DNA from: Lepidodermella squamata
Taxonomy: Eukaryota; Animalia; Gastrotricha
Direction of reading: 5' to 3'
NCBI GenBank assembly: GCA_047495785.1
Contig: JBLDXI010000015.1
Span: 4,898,001-4,962,000, forward strand
DNA: 64,000 nucleotides
Within the stretch, counting starts at the first letter, position 1. The number at the start of each line of letters is the position of its first letter. Of the stretch, positions 36,355 through 49,618 are shown in pieces. The notes beneath the pieces were generated by a model that was not told where the DNA came from, made no database searches, and saw nothing but the letters and a program-made list of their open reading frames with translations. Made by a program: the position numbers and the translations under genes.

Positions 36355-37005
36355 TTAAGAAAATAGACAAAACAAATAAAAACCGCCAGTAAAGCCTTGC
36401 ATTATAGGAACATTTTCGCCCACTAATGGAACATGGTGCTGAGACATTTTTAAAGGAGAACCCGAGATAACTTGGAAATCAGTCGGAAATCCCTTCTTTA
36501 CCTTTTTGCCACTGGATTTCTGCTGCGATTTCGTAAATGCCTCCACATAGTTGGCTGGAAACAAGCCCAACTTGCCGGTCGGTTGATGTTCGCCATACCA
36601 CCAGCCCCGCTCTGAAGTCGGCTGCAACAGTACAACGACATCGCCAGGTTCGAAGGTCAGCTCATCAGGCCGCAATGGCTTGTACGGGTAAATGGCTCGG
36701 TAGACATGCGGGCCATTTGTCATCGGCGAGTTGATCAGATGCCGATTTTCGTCGTGACCAGGCAGCTCATCACAAGGCGTGTGCCACTCGACCGAATCAG
36801 TTTCATGAACAGTATCGTCAACGTCGCAGTCGTTTCGGTAATTATCCGCCGTTGTCATGTCGGTGATGCTTGGATTGCCGGCAATACACAACTCGCGATG
36901 AGTCGCCGTCAAACAATCACGAATTTTACTCGTGATTTTGTCCTTCAAGTTGACAGACGCGTTGGAGTTGTTGTGATGGCTGGTATTGCCCGGTTTCGTC
37001 GCCAT
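36355..37005 (-). CDS. SH3-domain protein (first coding exon or short gene)
   Basis: YRAIYPYKPLRPDELTFEPGDVVVLL..RGWWYGE..GKLGLFPANYVE is a canonical SH3; the ORF runs into T-rich intron-like sequence at its 3' end. Confidence 0.8.
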   Translation of the reverse strand: MATKPGNTSHHNNSNASVNLKDKITSKIRDCLTATHRELCIAGNPSITDMTTADNYRNDCDVDDTVHETDSVEWHTPCDELPGHDENRHLINSPMTNGPHVYRAIYPYKPLRPDELTFEPGDVVVLLQPTSERGWWYGEHQPTGKLGLFPANYVEAFTKSQQKSSGKKVKKGFPTDFQVISGSPLKMSQHHVPLVGENVPIMQGFTGGFYLFCLFS

Positions 37006-37290
37006 ATTAGCCAAGTTAAAATCGGAGATTTAAATAATGGCGACCTAGGAAAAAACATTAATAATTCGTGAAAATCAATTACTTTACTGAGAATTGAGCT
37101 CTTGCAATTATCAAATATTCAACAAATAGAAACACAGTAAAACGAAGCTTCAACAAATAGAAGCGATTGAGCAAAAGTTGCCGATACAAAGTGTTTTGAT
37201 TTTTTCCAAATATTGTACAACAAAACAAAATACAGTAGCATAAGTCGCAGAAAATTGCGACCTTTAGACTAAAACAACAATTTTGAAAAA

Positions 37291-40200
37291 CTATTTTGTC
37301 GGCTCGGCTGGGGCGAGGAAGCACGCTTGATTCGGGGTGGTCAACGCAGCTATTACGACTTTTTCGAGACGGGCCAATTCTTGCGCTCCGGCCTCGAGAG
37401 CTCGTTCGCTATTGTCCATTCGATCGCCGGTTTCGCGCTTCAAATCTTCAAGATCAGCAACTCGCTGCTCAGCTTCCTGGAGCGCTTTTTCCAATTTATT
37501 CAAACTAGCCTCCAATTCGCTTAACGACTGCAAATTTTCGGTCGAGGATGGCGGTTGGTTACCATCATTATCATCAGCACTGGATTTACTCAACGTTTCT
37601 AACTCAGCTAAACGAGCTGCGAACATTCGAACAGCAGTTTCGGCTTCGTTCATTTTCGCAACCATGTCATCGCCATCTTTAGTCGCGGCCGTTAGCCGCT
37701 CCGAAATTTTCTGATTGAACGAAGCACGGCGATCTCCGACCTGTCCAGCTATTCTCGTTGATGAATCGTCGTTTTGACGAGCTGCGATTGACAATTGATC
37801 CGCAAGGTTCGACAAACGAGTTGCGTCGTTTGACAACGCAGTCGACGCCTCCTTAAGTTGAGCAACAGTTTGAGTCTGCGCTTGAGATGGTGACGAATCC
37901 GAGACGTCACGCGCTGAACTTGCGATAGTAACGTTATTCACAGTCAATTTCGCCCGGTTCTGTTGCAGTCGAACAAAACTTGAGTTGGCTGTATCGAGAA
38001 GACGCTGGGCATTTGCCCGGCTGTTGTCGATGCGTTGCGAGAAGCCCCATAGTGTATCGAGCAGTTTGCGGCCGTTTTCCATTTGTTTGATCGAGTCATT
38101 TCGCGCTTTATCGGCTGATTCGCGAAGGCCATCGAGCGTTGATAGCAAAGAGTCGGCTTCTTGTTGGCTCACTTTACCGGCCTTGTTTAGCTCACCAAGC
38201 CGGCGAGTGCAGTCAACAGCGGCTTGCAGCGATGCATTTGAATCTCGCTCAAGTCCTAAACATAAAAAGACAAACGAATTTTCAAAATGTAAATTGGTGA
38301 AAAAATCGCCACGCTTCAAATGAAACACTAAAATAGAAAAAAATAGAAAATTTCCCTTAACAGGCGAATTTAAGAGGAAATCACAGAAAGTGGTAATTTG
38401 AATAAAACGATTCTTGGCTTTCCCCGTGTCATGAACCACTATTGCCGGTAGATTATTAATTTGCACGTTTCACCTCAAAAAGAATTAAGTACAAGATGCT
38501 TTCTCGCACAGCAGATTATCAACTGAAAACTGAAAAACTTTCAGAGCATATTTGCTGTTCTGTGATTGGCTCATTTTCTCAGCGTGGTTATACTCTTCTT
38601 TTTTGTGTCGTTTGACAGTGACTGGTCCTGAAACCGACATGAAATCCCAAAATTTGCCACCCAAAAACCCCACAAAAATCCACAAAAAATAGCAAATAGA
38701 AGTTCTAAAGCCATGATCATGATCGAGTCAGATAAGTAAAATTGATGCGGCGCATTTTCGGAATAATTTTTCAGTCCCATGTTTTCCGTTAAGTGAGAAA
38801 GAGCATTAGGCTTTAGGACACTGGTACAGTATTTCTATAGGGAGGAATAATTTTAACAAGAATAAACGTGAAGTGACAGTTTTTACTGCAATAAACTAAT
38901 TTTAGTAAGAATTAAAAGACTGACCTTCGATTCGGTCGCGCGGATCGTAAATAGTTGCAGGCATTTCGATGCTCTGCCGCTGACCGACCGACAGCAACTG
39001 CGCTTCGGTATTGAGGCGCGTCGAAGCGTCGCGGAAGTTGGACGACGCTTTTGTTACGATCGTCACCGCATCCGGTTGCTCGTCACCTGTTGTCGCCTCG
39101 CCTGGGAATGAGTTGGTGACGCGCGTAGTCGCGAATTGCAGCCGCGCCTCCAGGTCACGCAAATCGTCGCGCGCACCCAGCGTAGCCGCGCCAATCATGT
39201 CCGGCAGCGAGCGTGTCATCTCGCTGACCGCGCTGTTGGCCGCGTTGAACTTCTCCGTCGTATTGCCCGCCAGCATCTCGATGCGGCGCCGATTTTCAGC
39301 CAGATCAGCACGTAATTGGCGCGCCTGGGCAGCTGATTGCGCTAACAGGCCGTAACCACTCTCAACAACACCAGACGAAACCTCGCCACCTGCTGCCATT
39401 TTAAGGCGGCGTAGTAGCGCTTTTGACTCATCAATTGAACTAGATGCCATTTGAAGACGAATAGCTAATGTGTCGTTCAACTCGCGCAATTGTTGCGCGG
39501 GGCCAGCCCACTCAGCCAACATTTTTTCGATTAAATTCAAACGCCGCGACTCCTCGAGGAATTCATCGTGAATTTTTTCGAATTGCCGTTTCAACGCGTC
39601 GTAATATCCATTTGCTTGATCTAAAACTTGTTTGATACGAGAAGCCTCGCCCGCTACTGAAAACGCGAGTTCTTGAAGCTCGTTAATGCTCGAAGTAAAA
39701 TTCTTGTCGTCCGATAACGACGCCTGGCCACCAATAATACCGGCCGCAATAGCTTCTAATCGCCGCCTTAATTGATCAATAAGAACGGTTAACCGGCCAA
39801 TTGAGTCGCGCACCTGGCGGTAACATGGCGGGCATTCAGGACAGCCGGCCTTCAAATCGTATCGATTAGACGCGCATTTGTCGCATCGCCGGCCGACTAT
39901 GACGTCTACAGAGTCTGCATTGCATTGACACTGACCAGAAATAGGATCGCAGTCCGTAGATTGAGAGCCAATCGGATCGCAGTCGCACGGCTTGCACCCT
40001 TCGCTCGAAAAACCGAAGTGCTGCGGTAGACAACGGTCACATCTCGGCGGCGCTGTGTTAGGTTGACATTGGCATTGCCCTGTCACAGCGTCACACGCAG
40101 CGGTTTTAGCTCCCCTCGGGTTGCAATTACATGGCTCGCAGCCGTTAGGTTGTGTCATATTGAAATAACCAGTCGAGCAGCGATCGCATTGCCGGCCGAC

Positions 40201-43008
40201 AACGTTCGCCAGACAATCACATTCACCATTCGGATTTCGGCAATTCTGTGACCGGGAACCAGTAGGGTTGCAGTTGCACGGGTGGCACTTAGGCGCGGTT
40301 GGGGCCGTGGCGTCGCCGTAGAACCCGTCCAAACAACGTTCACAGCGTGTTCCAGTGGTGTCGAAACGGCAATTCGTACACTGACCACTGATTCGATCGC
40401 AGGCTAAAATCGCGTTCGGGTCAGCGTTTCCGGAGCACTGACACGGCAGACACTGCAAATTATCACCCTCTCCTGAGCCGTAGTAACCAGGCGCGCAGAT
40501 TTCGCAAAGACGGCCAGTTTTACCAGGAGGGCATTTGTGGCAAACCGGGATGGCTGAATTTGGCGAACCAGTTACCACCATTCTCGAGCAGGTGGCGACC
40601 TCTCCAGGCGTTACCTCTGGGCACGGGCAGGGTTTACAATCGCCAGGCGTTCCTACGGTAGCGTCGCCGTAGTAACCAGGCTTGCACATCTCACAATTAT
40701 CACCGCTGGTGTTTTCTCCACAGTTACATTTGCCGCTATCCGGTTCGCAGGTCAAAGAGTGGTTGTGACATTGGCATGGTACGCAACGCACCATGGGGCC
40801 GCCAAACGGGGTATCACGGCGGAAACCAGACGCGCAATTTTCGCAAAAGTCGCCTGAATATTCTTTACTGCAAGTGCAAAGTTCAACCCACGGTGCGTCG
40901 CCGCCTCCACTTGATCGATAAATAGCCGTTTCCAAAATGACATCATCCAAGTACGCGACTCGGAACGGGCTCAGGTACACGGGTCGAATAGCTAAACGAG
41001 TAACGTTACTAAGAGCTGTTAGCAGCGAACGATCCTGAGAAGGTGCGTCTTGTGAAGGCAGAAGACGAACCGAAACCGAGAGTTGAAGAGGTTTGTTAGG
41101 CTGGTAACCCGTTTGAACATTCAATAGATTCCAGATCGATTGATTGAATGTGTGAATCGGCCAAGATATGGTCGTTTTCGGCTGTGACCAATGCCCACCT
41201 TCTAGAATGATGTCATCTTGTTGGGACATCGGGGGAGGAGCGCCATTGATCCACAGCGTAAAATTGAAATAGCGAGTGAACGCTCTTTTCTGATCACCTA
41301 AAAATTTTGCGGGAGCCAACAATTTGAGTGAGGTTGCAAGAGGGGCGTCTGATGAAGTTGTCGCACTTCTGATTTCAAGCCTGCCATCTTCCGTTACAGA
41401 CAGCGCGTACTGAACCCCAGCGTCGTCCATTGCTTGCCAGCCATCGACAGAAGACGTGAACCGACTAACAATAGTGTTAGGGGAGTAGGAAGGGTGAGAT
41501 TGGCATGAAGTTCCGTGTCCGAAGCAGAAACATGGCTGACAACCCAGGGGGTTAGCAGTGTCCATATTGAAGAAACCAGCGCGGCATAGATCGCAAGCTC
41601 GGCCGTCGACATTCCGCTTACAGCGGCAATTTCCAGAGTGAGGATCACACAATGCTGACTGGGAACCAGCCTCGTGACAAGCGCATGGCCGGCAACCGAC
41701 GTTTGCAGTCATATTGTAGTGATCAGGCAAGCAACGGTTGCATTTTGGTCCAGCAACACCAGGATGACATTGACAATTTCCTTGTTCGTCGCATTGAGTT
41801 TCTGATGAGCCAATAGGGTCGCAGTTGCAGGGTAGGCATGCATCGCGGCTCGTAGAACCGACAGGGCGATAATGACCAGGTAGGCAGCTTTCACAATGAA
41901 ATCCCTGCGTATTATTCTTGCAATCAGTGCATCGACCTCCGCGACCTGTTCGAGCGTAAGCTTCGCCGTCGAAAATGCAGGAGTCCGTATGCCCATGGCA
42001 TTCGCATGCTCTGCATTCGAAAGGCTGGCTCTGAGTGGCAGGCGCATAGGGCAGATCTTGATAGAAGGGGCGGCATTGACCACAATCGCGTCCAGCAGTG
42101 TTGTGCTGACACTGACAATGCAGCTCACCATCAGCATCTTTTGGGCAGCTGCTAGCATGTCCATGACATTTGCATTTTCCACCGACCGCGATGTCGGAAA
42201 TCGCGTAGTAATAGCTCTTCAAAACTTTTGGATCGCCGAATACTTCATCACCGTAAGTATTTAAACGATTCAACACAATTCGAATAGCGACTGATGTTAC
42301 CCATTCCTGCAGAATATTACTTTCAAAGAAAGAGTATGCGCTTGGACGTTCACGCAAGGATGCAAAGGCAAGAGTTCCACCAGTCAACGGCACAATATCG
42401 CTGTATTCTTCGACACAAATGGCCTGATCATCTCGAGTAATTTTCTCACGAGGATCTAATCCATACGTTTCCTTGCAGCGAGATGAATAGTACTCATATG
42501 GAATCCAATCAGAGTCGGGTCTTGTCTTTTTTAATATCTGCATTGACTCGGGACGACTTGAATGAAACTTGATCCGAATGTAGGTAATTTCGATTTCTTT
42601 ACCAAAGTCAAGAGTTAAATTGACGGAATTCGGATGTTGAATTCCCTCGTACATCGTTTCGCTTTGCCAGTAAGTCTCTTCGTTGCGGGCGTCGCTGTTA
42701 TAATCAGTGAGATACTTGGCTGGGTGAGCGAATAAAGCATTCGCATTGTCACAAACTTCACAGCGCGTGTAGTCATTCTGGAATTGTCGAACGGTGATAT
42801 CAGTCTGCAGGCAGTATTCAGTCGGCCCCCGAGCTCCGCACGTGTTTGTAACATGAACAGGCCGTTCAAAAGCAGCATTTATGAATTCTGGCTCACAGTA
42901 CTGCGGCAAGCCCGCACTATTATAGCACATGGATCTGGCCCATGTTCCCGGACTCAGCAGTATAGCAAGTAAGAAGTATAATATCATCCCTAACGATTCA
43001 AAAAACAT
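37291..43008 (-). CDS. LAMC1: Laminin gamma chain (~1682 aa)
   Basis: Signal peptide, LN domain (TYWQSET..LNRLNTYGDEVFGDPKVLKSYYYAISD), LE repeats, L4 domain, nidogen-site-like GNADPNAI, coiled coil with terminal Cys. Single intron 38256-38924. Confidence 0.95.
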
Positions 43009-43461
43009 GAAAAAAATGCGATATCAGATATACGTGAAAGAAGGAATAAGATGAGTAGATGAGCAACTCATCGCAACTGATGAATTTCCCACAAGGTCAG
43101 TGCTTGGAAAGTGGAAAGAATTTACAATAAATTCGGAAGCTTCGCAAACTTATATAAACGCTAAACACAACGACCTCCGTCTCTTATTGGCACTCGGCAC
43201 ATGCATGATGCTAGCTACTGTGGGCTGCGGCTAAGAAAAAGAGGTAACAGGCTAAGGGAGCGAGAGATGCCGAAATTCCAAGTTTAGTTCGAAGTTGATG
43301 GAAAGCTAAAAATTTGAATAATTGCGCTCATTTATCACATAAAATTTTTACAATAGTGAAAAAATGAATTAAACATAATTTTTCACAGTTTTATAACAAA
43401 ACAAATTTTAAATTTTGAATTTACGCGGGAATAAAAGCTGGTTTGCCTAGGTTCCATGATC

Positions 43462-43899
43462 GGTTAGCCTTTTTCTGCCTAAAATTAGGCAGAATTTTCC
43501 GCTATAGCTTTTTCTGCCTAAAATGGTAAGTAGGCGCTTGAATCGCGTAAAACCCCACAATATGCCTTCAAAATTGAATTTTCTAGTCTATCTTGCAATA
43601 ATAACTAACCTAAATGGCTCAATCCGTGAATAATTCATCATTGGCGCCCATAATAAGGTGGTTAAACGTAACACGTAAAGCGTAGTACTTGGCCTGTCTT
43701 AGCGCGGCATCTTTAGTCATTATCTTCCTATCTTTGATTTATTTTTTATTATAATACGTTTTTTGACAAATAAATGGATCAATGCAATTGAAATGATCAT
43801 TGGCATCGTTTCTGGGGCCTTCCGCTACATAGCGAAATTTTAGGCAGAAAAAGCTATAGCGGAAAATTCTGCCTAATTTTAGGCAGAAAAAATTTCTCG
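43462..43899. mobile_element. Mutator-like MITE / foldback element
   Basis: Perfect 55-bp inverted repeat 43470-43524 / 43837-43891; 9-bp direct repeat TCCATGATC at 43453-43461 and 43900-43908 (TSD). Confidence 0.8.
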
Positions 43900-43989
43900 T
43901 CCATGATCCTTACCCCGGCGATTCGTCGACATTTCGTCGAGCCTAGTATGATCTTGTCTGTGGCATTTTCCTCTGACGATACGACGATC

Positions 43990-46970
43990 CACGCCACCGG
44001 CAACTGCCTCAGTCAAAGCGAAGTTCGAAATGCAGGGAGCTGCTTTCTAGGGCGATATCTGCGATTGAATATTAAATTTGCTGAGGTTTTTAAATAAGTG
44101 GTTTGACGTGGCAATGGCTGCTGCCGCTGCTGTTTACGCAACTCCGCGACAAAACAAGGTGGCGTCATGGAACCCGTCGAAATCCACTGGCAAACAAACC
44201 GTAAAGGTGCTGTCTGATCAACTCTCCTACTTTGGCATCGATCCCTCTAAACTCGGCTCGAAGCCGCTGCTGGTCAAAAAGCTGAAAGAAGTACGGCCGA
44301 AAGCTGATTTGGCAGACAGTGACCGCGATTGTGCAGCATGCTTGCACCATTTATCAACGTCAGAAATTCAACAATCGGTGCCTTGTCTCGTGTGCAACTC
44401 CCCTGTAGCTAAAAGCTGTAAGTTTCTAAAGTGCAAGGTATGCTCCTCCCATCCTCCATTCAGTGTGTGCAAGTTCCGGAAGACCAATGGGATTTCCTCA
44501 ATGCTCACAAGAGGGCAGCATACTTTTGTGATTCCTGTTGCGACGTTGATCTGTCTCATCCTGCTAAAGATCAAGGTAAAACCTCCTCCTCTGTCGATTT
44601 CTCAAACCTTCTCATCTCGATTTGATGGAACAAGTGTGTAAACGCGCAGTTGACGAGTATGTTAAGCAACACGCCAGATCGCAAAATCTGGTCGTTTATG
44701 GAATGGTCGAAACAAAAGACGATGTCTTCTATTTCATCAGTATGTGCAAGTCACGTCTGCAGGTTGACGTTTCGTCTCGGATTGCAGGTAGTAGGCGCGT
44801 CGGCAATCCTCGTAGAAATCGTCCCCGTCTGTTGAAAGTATTTTTCATGACACGTTCTCTAGAAACTTAGTTCTGGAAAATGCGTACAAGTTAAAGCCTC
44901 CTACTGGCTCCCGGGAAAAACAGGCAATCTACGTCAACCCAGATTTGACTCCGGCTCAAATTGAAGTTGAAAAGGCTGCTCATCTGGAAGCCAAACAACG
45001 TCACGATGAAGGCGCGGGTGACTTCGTTATTCGAGATGCGAAAGCGGTCCCTACGAAACCACGAAACACCGATGTGCCTAACCCGTCAATGCTTAAACTG
45101 GTTTTGGGAAAAGGCAACCCCAATGGTCCTGTTGCTTTTCTCCACCCAGTGCCTGCAGGCGCATCGACAAAGCAGGCAAACACGGCAAGCTCTTCCGCCC
45201 CTGCTTCTTCTCAGAGTCAGCCTACCGTTAATACTGTCTCGCAAGTCAAATCTACCTCCGTCATAATGATGCTACCGACTGGTGATACGTACGCCAAGGT
45301 GGCCGGGTCTGCTACGCCTGCTACGTTACCTCCTTGGCTGAATCGATCAGGCGAAACGCCGCTTGATCCCAATGCCCGTCAAATGGTTCAGTACGGCGAT
45401 CTTAGCCCGTCGGCCGGGTCGTCTAAGCTCGTCGCTGAAAATTTTGTCAATAGCATCTAGGTTCCTGGCACCGAAGACATCGACTTTATTAACAATGACA
45501 TAGAAGATATAACTGTATTCTACTGTAATGCTAGATCGATTGTAAACAGGATGATTTGTTTATAGCGAGGATTTTATCCTTTTCTGTCAAACCCCAAGTA
45601 ATTGTTGTCTCCGAAAGTTGGTTCAACGATGATGTAAATGTGTTCAAAAGCGAATGCAATGTGAACTTGTTGAAAAACTTAGGATACTTGGTTTTTCATC
45701 TGTGTGAATTCTCTGTTATAGACATATGCCGCGGTGACTCCACTGTCAGGCTATGTAGTGTGCTATGTGAATTTTGTACCTATTAAGGAGGACAAGTTGT
45801 CTAAAGGAATGCCGTGGTTTAACCGAAAAATGTTTAGCCTTATAAAGCGTCGAGACTCATGGTGGCATAAATACTATAAGATGGGCCGTGAAATAGATCT
45901 TCTCAAGTATTACCAATTGTCGCGCAAGTGCAAGGCACTAAATGATAAACTTCCTTCTGAGTATGAGCAAAATCTTGTCGTCTCCGAAAAAATATCTCGC
46001 TTCTATAAGTATGCCAATTTGAGGTTGAAAGCTCGTCCAGCCATCCCTGGCTTACATGGCCCTGATGGCAAAACGCTGTCCTCGGACAGCGAGAAGGCCG
46101 AGGCCTTAAATAGTTTTTTCTCGTCTACCTTTAGCATTGATAGTCACAAGCCTTTACCGAATTACGCCCGCTCTAGTAACGATTGTCTTACTGAAATCGA
46201 GTTCTCTCCCTTACTTGTTGAAAGTTTTCTTGAAAAGTGGATGCCAACTCTTCCATGGGTCCAGACTACGTACATCCCTTCCTACTGCGAAATCTATCTG
46301 ATTCACTATCTTACCGGCTATCTATTATTTCTAATGAGAGTTTCAAGTCTGGAAAGGTGCCTGTTGTGTGGTCTCTCGCTAACGTCACCCCTATCTTCAA
46401 AAACAGTGGATCTTCCTCGTATACCGAAAATTATCGCCCAATTAGTCTTACATCTATTCCCTGCAAAGTCATGGAAAATATTATTCGCTATAAAGTTCTA
46501 CAATTTCTATTCAAAAATAATATCCTCTCCCCTGCTCAGTTTGGTTTCTTACCTAATAGATCTACTGAACTTCAGCTTCTGGAATGTGTGAATGACTGGG
46601 CTAGTAGTATTAATAGATCCTCCTATGTTGACGTAGTATACTTCGATCTTAAAAAAGCCTTTGATAGTGTATCTCACATTAAGCTAATTAACAAATGTAA
46701 GTCTTTTGGCTTAACTGGAAAACTGCTCGACTGGATCTCAGCCTTTCTCTCAAATCGTTCCCAGCGAGTTAATGTTAATAATTCTTTTTCTCAGTGGAGT
46801 CAAGTAACATCTGGCGTTCCCCAAGGCAGCGTACTAGGTCCCTTACTTGTCATTTTATATATTAACGATCTCCCTTCCGTCGTGCAGCATTGCGTGATAA
46901 AAATGTACGCTGACGACGTTAAAATTTATCTTAAAAATTCTACTAATTCTTCTCTTCTTCAAGAGGCTCC
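43990..46970 (+). mobile_element. Decayed CR1/L2-like LINE (ORF1 with PHD-like finger; ORF2 with partial endonuclease and RT)
   Basis: ORF1 Cys-rich finger, NLVVYGM, RPRLLKV; ORF2 YCNARSI, VSESWF, NYRPISLTS, YFDLKKAFDSV, GVPQGSVLGP, MYADD; frameshifts, internal deletion, 3' truncation. Confidence 0.92.
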
Positions 46971-47105
46971 TAAATTCATCCCTGATAGAATCCTTTTATC
47001 TTCTCGTTTAAATGTGCCCTACTGTAACCTATTCAGTTCAAAATTTCCAACAAGCAAACATTTGAATGTCATTTGTATTTATCAGTCAGCTTAGATATTT
47101 TTGTC

Positions 47106-48200
47106 ATGGATGGTGATGGACTTTTGGTTTTCGGAGCTGGGATCGATCTGGCAAAAGTTCCCAGTTTGGAGCGAAAGCGAATAGTCGCCTTCGTGAACTT
47201 CTTTGCTCAACAATCAGTTACGTTACTAACCGAATTTGCGGCGGTGTGTGAGCATAAATTTGCCGAAGTCGACCTTCGCTTGGAACGTGCCCGCACTTCT
47301 TTAGCAATTCTAGAAGCGAAACTCGATTCAATTCCAGATTTGGCTCCTGTCGCTCCGCCGACTTCGGCACAATCAGCGCAACCGACTGTCAGTTACTTCA
47401 TATATTGCGCTAAGTTGATATATATTTGTGCATTTCTGTTTTCAGGCTGCTACTATTCCTCAACAAACTGGGGCTGCTGCTGCTCCTCCACCGCCGCCGC
47501 CGCTACCTGGGGCGCCGCAGGCTGTAGTAGCTGCTCCGCCACCTCCGGCAGCACCTACTCCCCAGGCTCCAGAGGAACCAGCTGAACCTCCGAAGCAAGA
47601 GGAAATCGATCCAGCCTATCAGCGATATATTCGTATGGCGAGAGTGGTATGTTTGAAGTTCATGAAAAATATCTCATATTCTTTGGCTTCGTGAACGAAA
47701 CAAGATGAATTTCAAATATTTATTTCCGTCGTGGTATTAGTCTTTTATTATATGCAGTTTTTCTTATTAAAAACGATATTTTAAGCTTTCCCTAGCCGTC
47801 TAATTTCGATTATTGATATGAATATATATAATTGAATTATTTCAGGGTATCCCTGCTGTTAGTTTCCGGAATGAGATGATGCGGAACGGTTTAGATCCGG
47901 ATTGGCTAGAGTGAGTTGACATATTTGTTTTTCATATGAAGTATTCATCTTCTATATTAAAGGGCATATTTGGCTGGACAAAATCCGCCGCCCCCTCCCC
48001 CTCCTCCTGCCGCGAAAAGCGCAACGCCTGCTGCATCCGAGGCAGACAGTGATAATGACTCTTTAACATCAGCTGCACCGGCTCCTCCTGGTCCACCGCC
48101 ACCCCCTCCTCCGCCCCAACCACAACGGGCTGATGATAGCGATTCTTTGTCTTCTGCTTCTTCGTTTGATGATGATGACGACGACGATGACGATGAATAA
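47106..48200 (+). CDS. WASHC3: WASH complex subunit 3 (CCDC53)
   Basis: MDGDGLLVFGAGIDLAKVPSLERKRIVAFVNFF..SLAILEAKLDSIP; DPAYQRYIRMARV|GIPA..MMRNGLDPDWL; Pro-rich and acidic tail; three GT-AG introns. Confidence 0.93.
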
Positions 48201-48392
48201 CAGTATTTTGTTGAAAAATTATTTTATCATTGCAAGCCATATGGGAATCATGATTAAAAGTGTGATTTATTTCGCAATTACATCCGGAAGTATAAAAATT
48301 GCAATATTTCAGTCGAATTAAAAACATTGATAACTTATTGATTTTGAATAAAAAAAACATGATCATTTTTGGAAAATTGACCGAGTATGTTC

Positions 48393-49618
48393 TCAAGTCT
48401 TGGCGAATTTGTTGACGACGCCAGCCAGCATGTCCAGCGTTGACATCGGGTTGTAATATTGTTCATTTTCTAAAAATGAGATATTAGTACAGAGCGTAGC
48501 AAAGGATGAGCGCATGGCTTACGTTGCGAATCGGACGACGATGCAGTCGACGAGAAGTCATCCAAAACGTAGTGGAAATTCTTGTTATCAAACTGAAAGT
48601 TGAAAGGAAACGAATGAATGAACGTGTCACCAAACAGCTTTGCAATAGGCTTCGAAAGCATAAACCATGTCATCGCAATATCCTCCAAATTTCTTCAATA
48701 TGAAAATAATCCTAGCTCAAATCTTGACCCATAAACTAAAACGGCATTCTACTGAAAACTGAAATGAATGCAATAAGTGATAAATTGACGCGAGCAGTAG
48801 CTTCAGATTTAGCGAAATTGTTTAGGTACGCTGTGGTTCGAGGAGACACTGGCTAGGAGATTATCCTAAAGATTGAATTGGATAAGCCTCAAATTCTTCG
48901 CGCCGTCGTTTTTCTTGTTTAACCACCATACAAATTGAAAAGTGCGACTAAGTCTCGCAAACAAATTTTTAGCGAGATTTCCAATGGCTAACAGTGGCTT
49001 GTAATCAAGGAATGCTTCTCCTTACGAAAACGTGAACTTTCAAACCCCAACGTCGAAGCAAGTGAAATCAATAGCCAAATAATACCTGAAAGTAGCATTG
49101 AGCCAAGTCGATAGCTTGCGGTCGACGACTAGCGATTTCTTCGTTAACAAATTGTTGACGCGTTTGATTTTGCGAACTTCTAGGGCTGACTTGGCCGTTT
49201 TTCTCGTCAGCCTCGCGGATCATTGCATCCAGAGCGTGCATGTAATCGATTGCAGCGCGTAGAATATCAACCTTAGCGAGCCGTTGATTCGGATTCGCCA
49301 AACAGCTCTTCTTCAAGTTTTCGAAGGCTTCATTCACCTATAAATGAGACTGTGGTAAAGAGAGCATTATAAGACGTCATTTACCTTTTTAAGACGCCGA
49401 CGTTCGCGCATTGTAGCAGCCTTCCGCCGATCGACTACAACGGTCTTTTTCGTTTTGCAAGTTTTACATGCCCAAAGAAGGCAAGGCGTGACCTTGCTAC
49501 TGTGATGGGGTGACGTATTTGTCGACGATGAATGACAATCAGAGCCTGAGCTAGGTTGGTACGAGGGCTGAGCAAGTGTAGAAACTTTAGAATTTTCAAG
49601 TTTTCTCGCAGATTTCAT
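48393..49618 (-). CDS. MyoD: Myogenic regulatory factor (MyoD/nautilus family bHLH)
   Basis: [26 protein letters not shown]|[27 protein letters not shown]; last exon 48469-48393 encodes helix-III-like [13 protein letters not shown]. Middle exon structure and start tentative. Confidence 0.93.
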
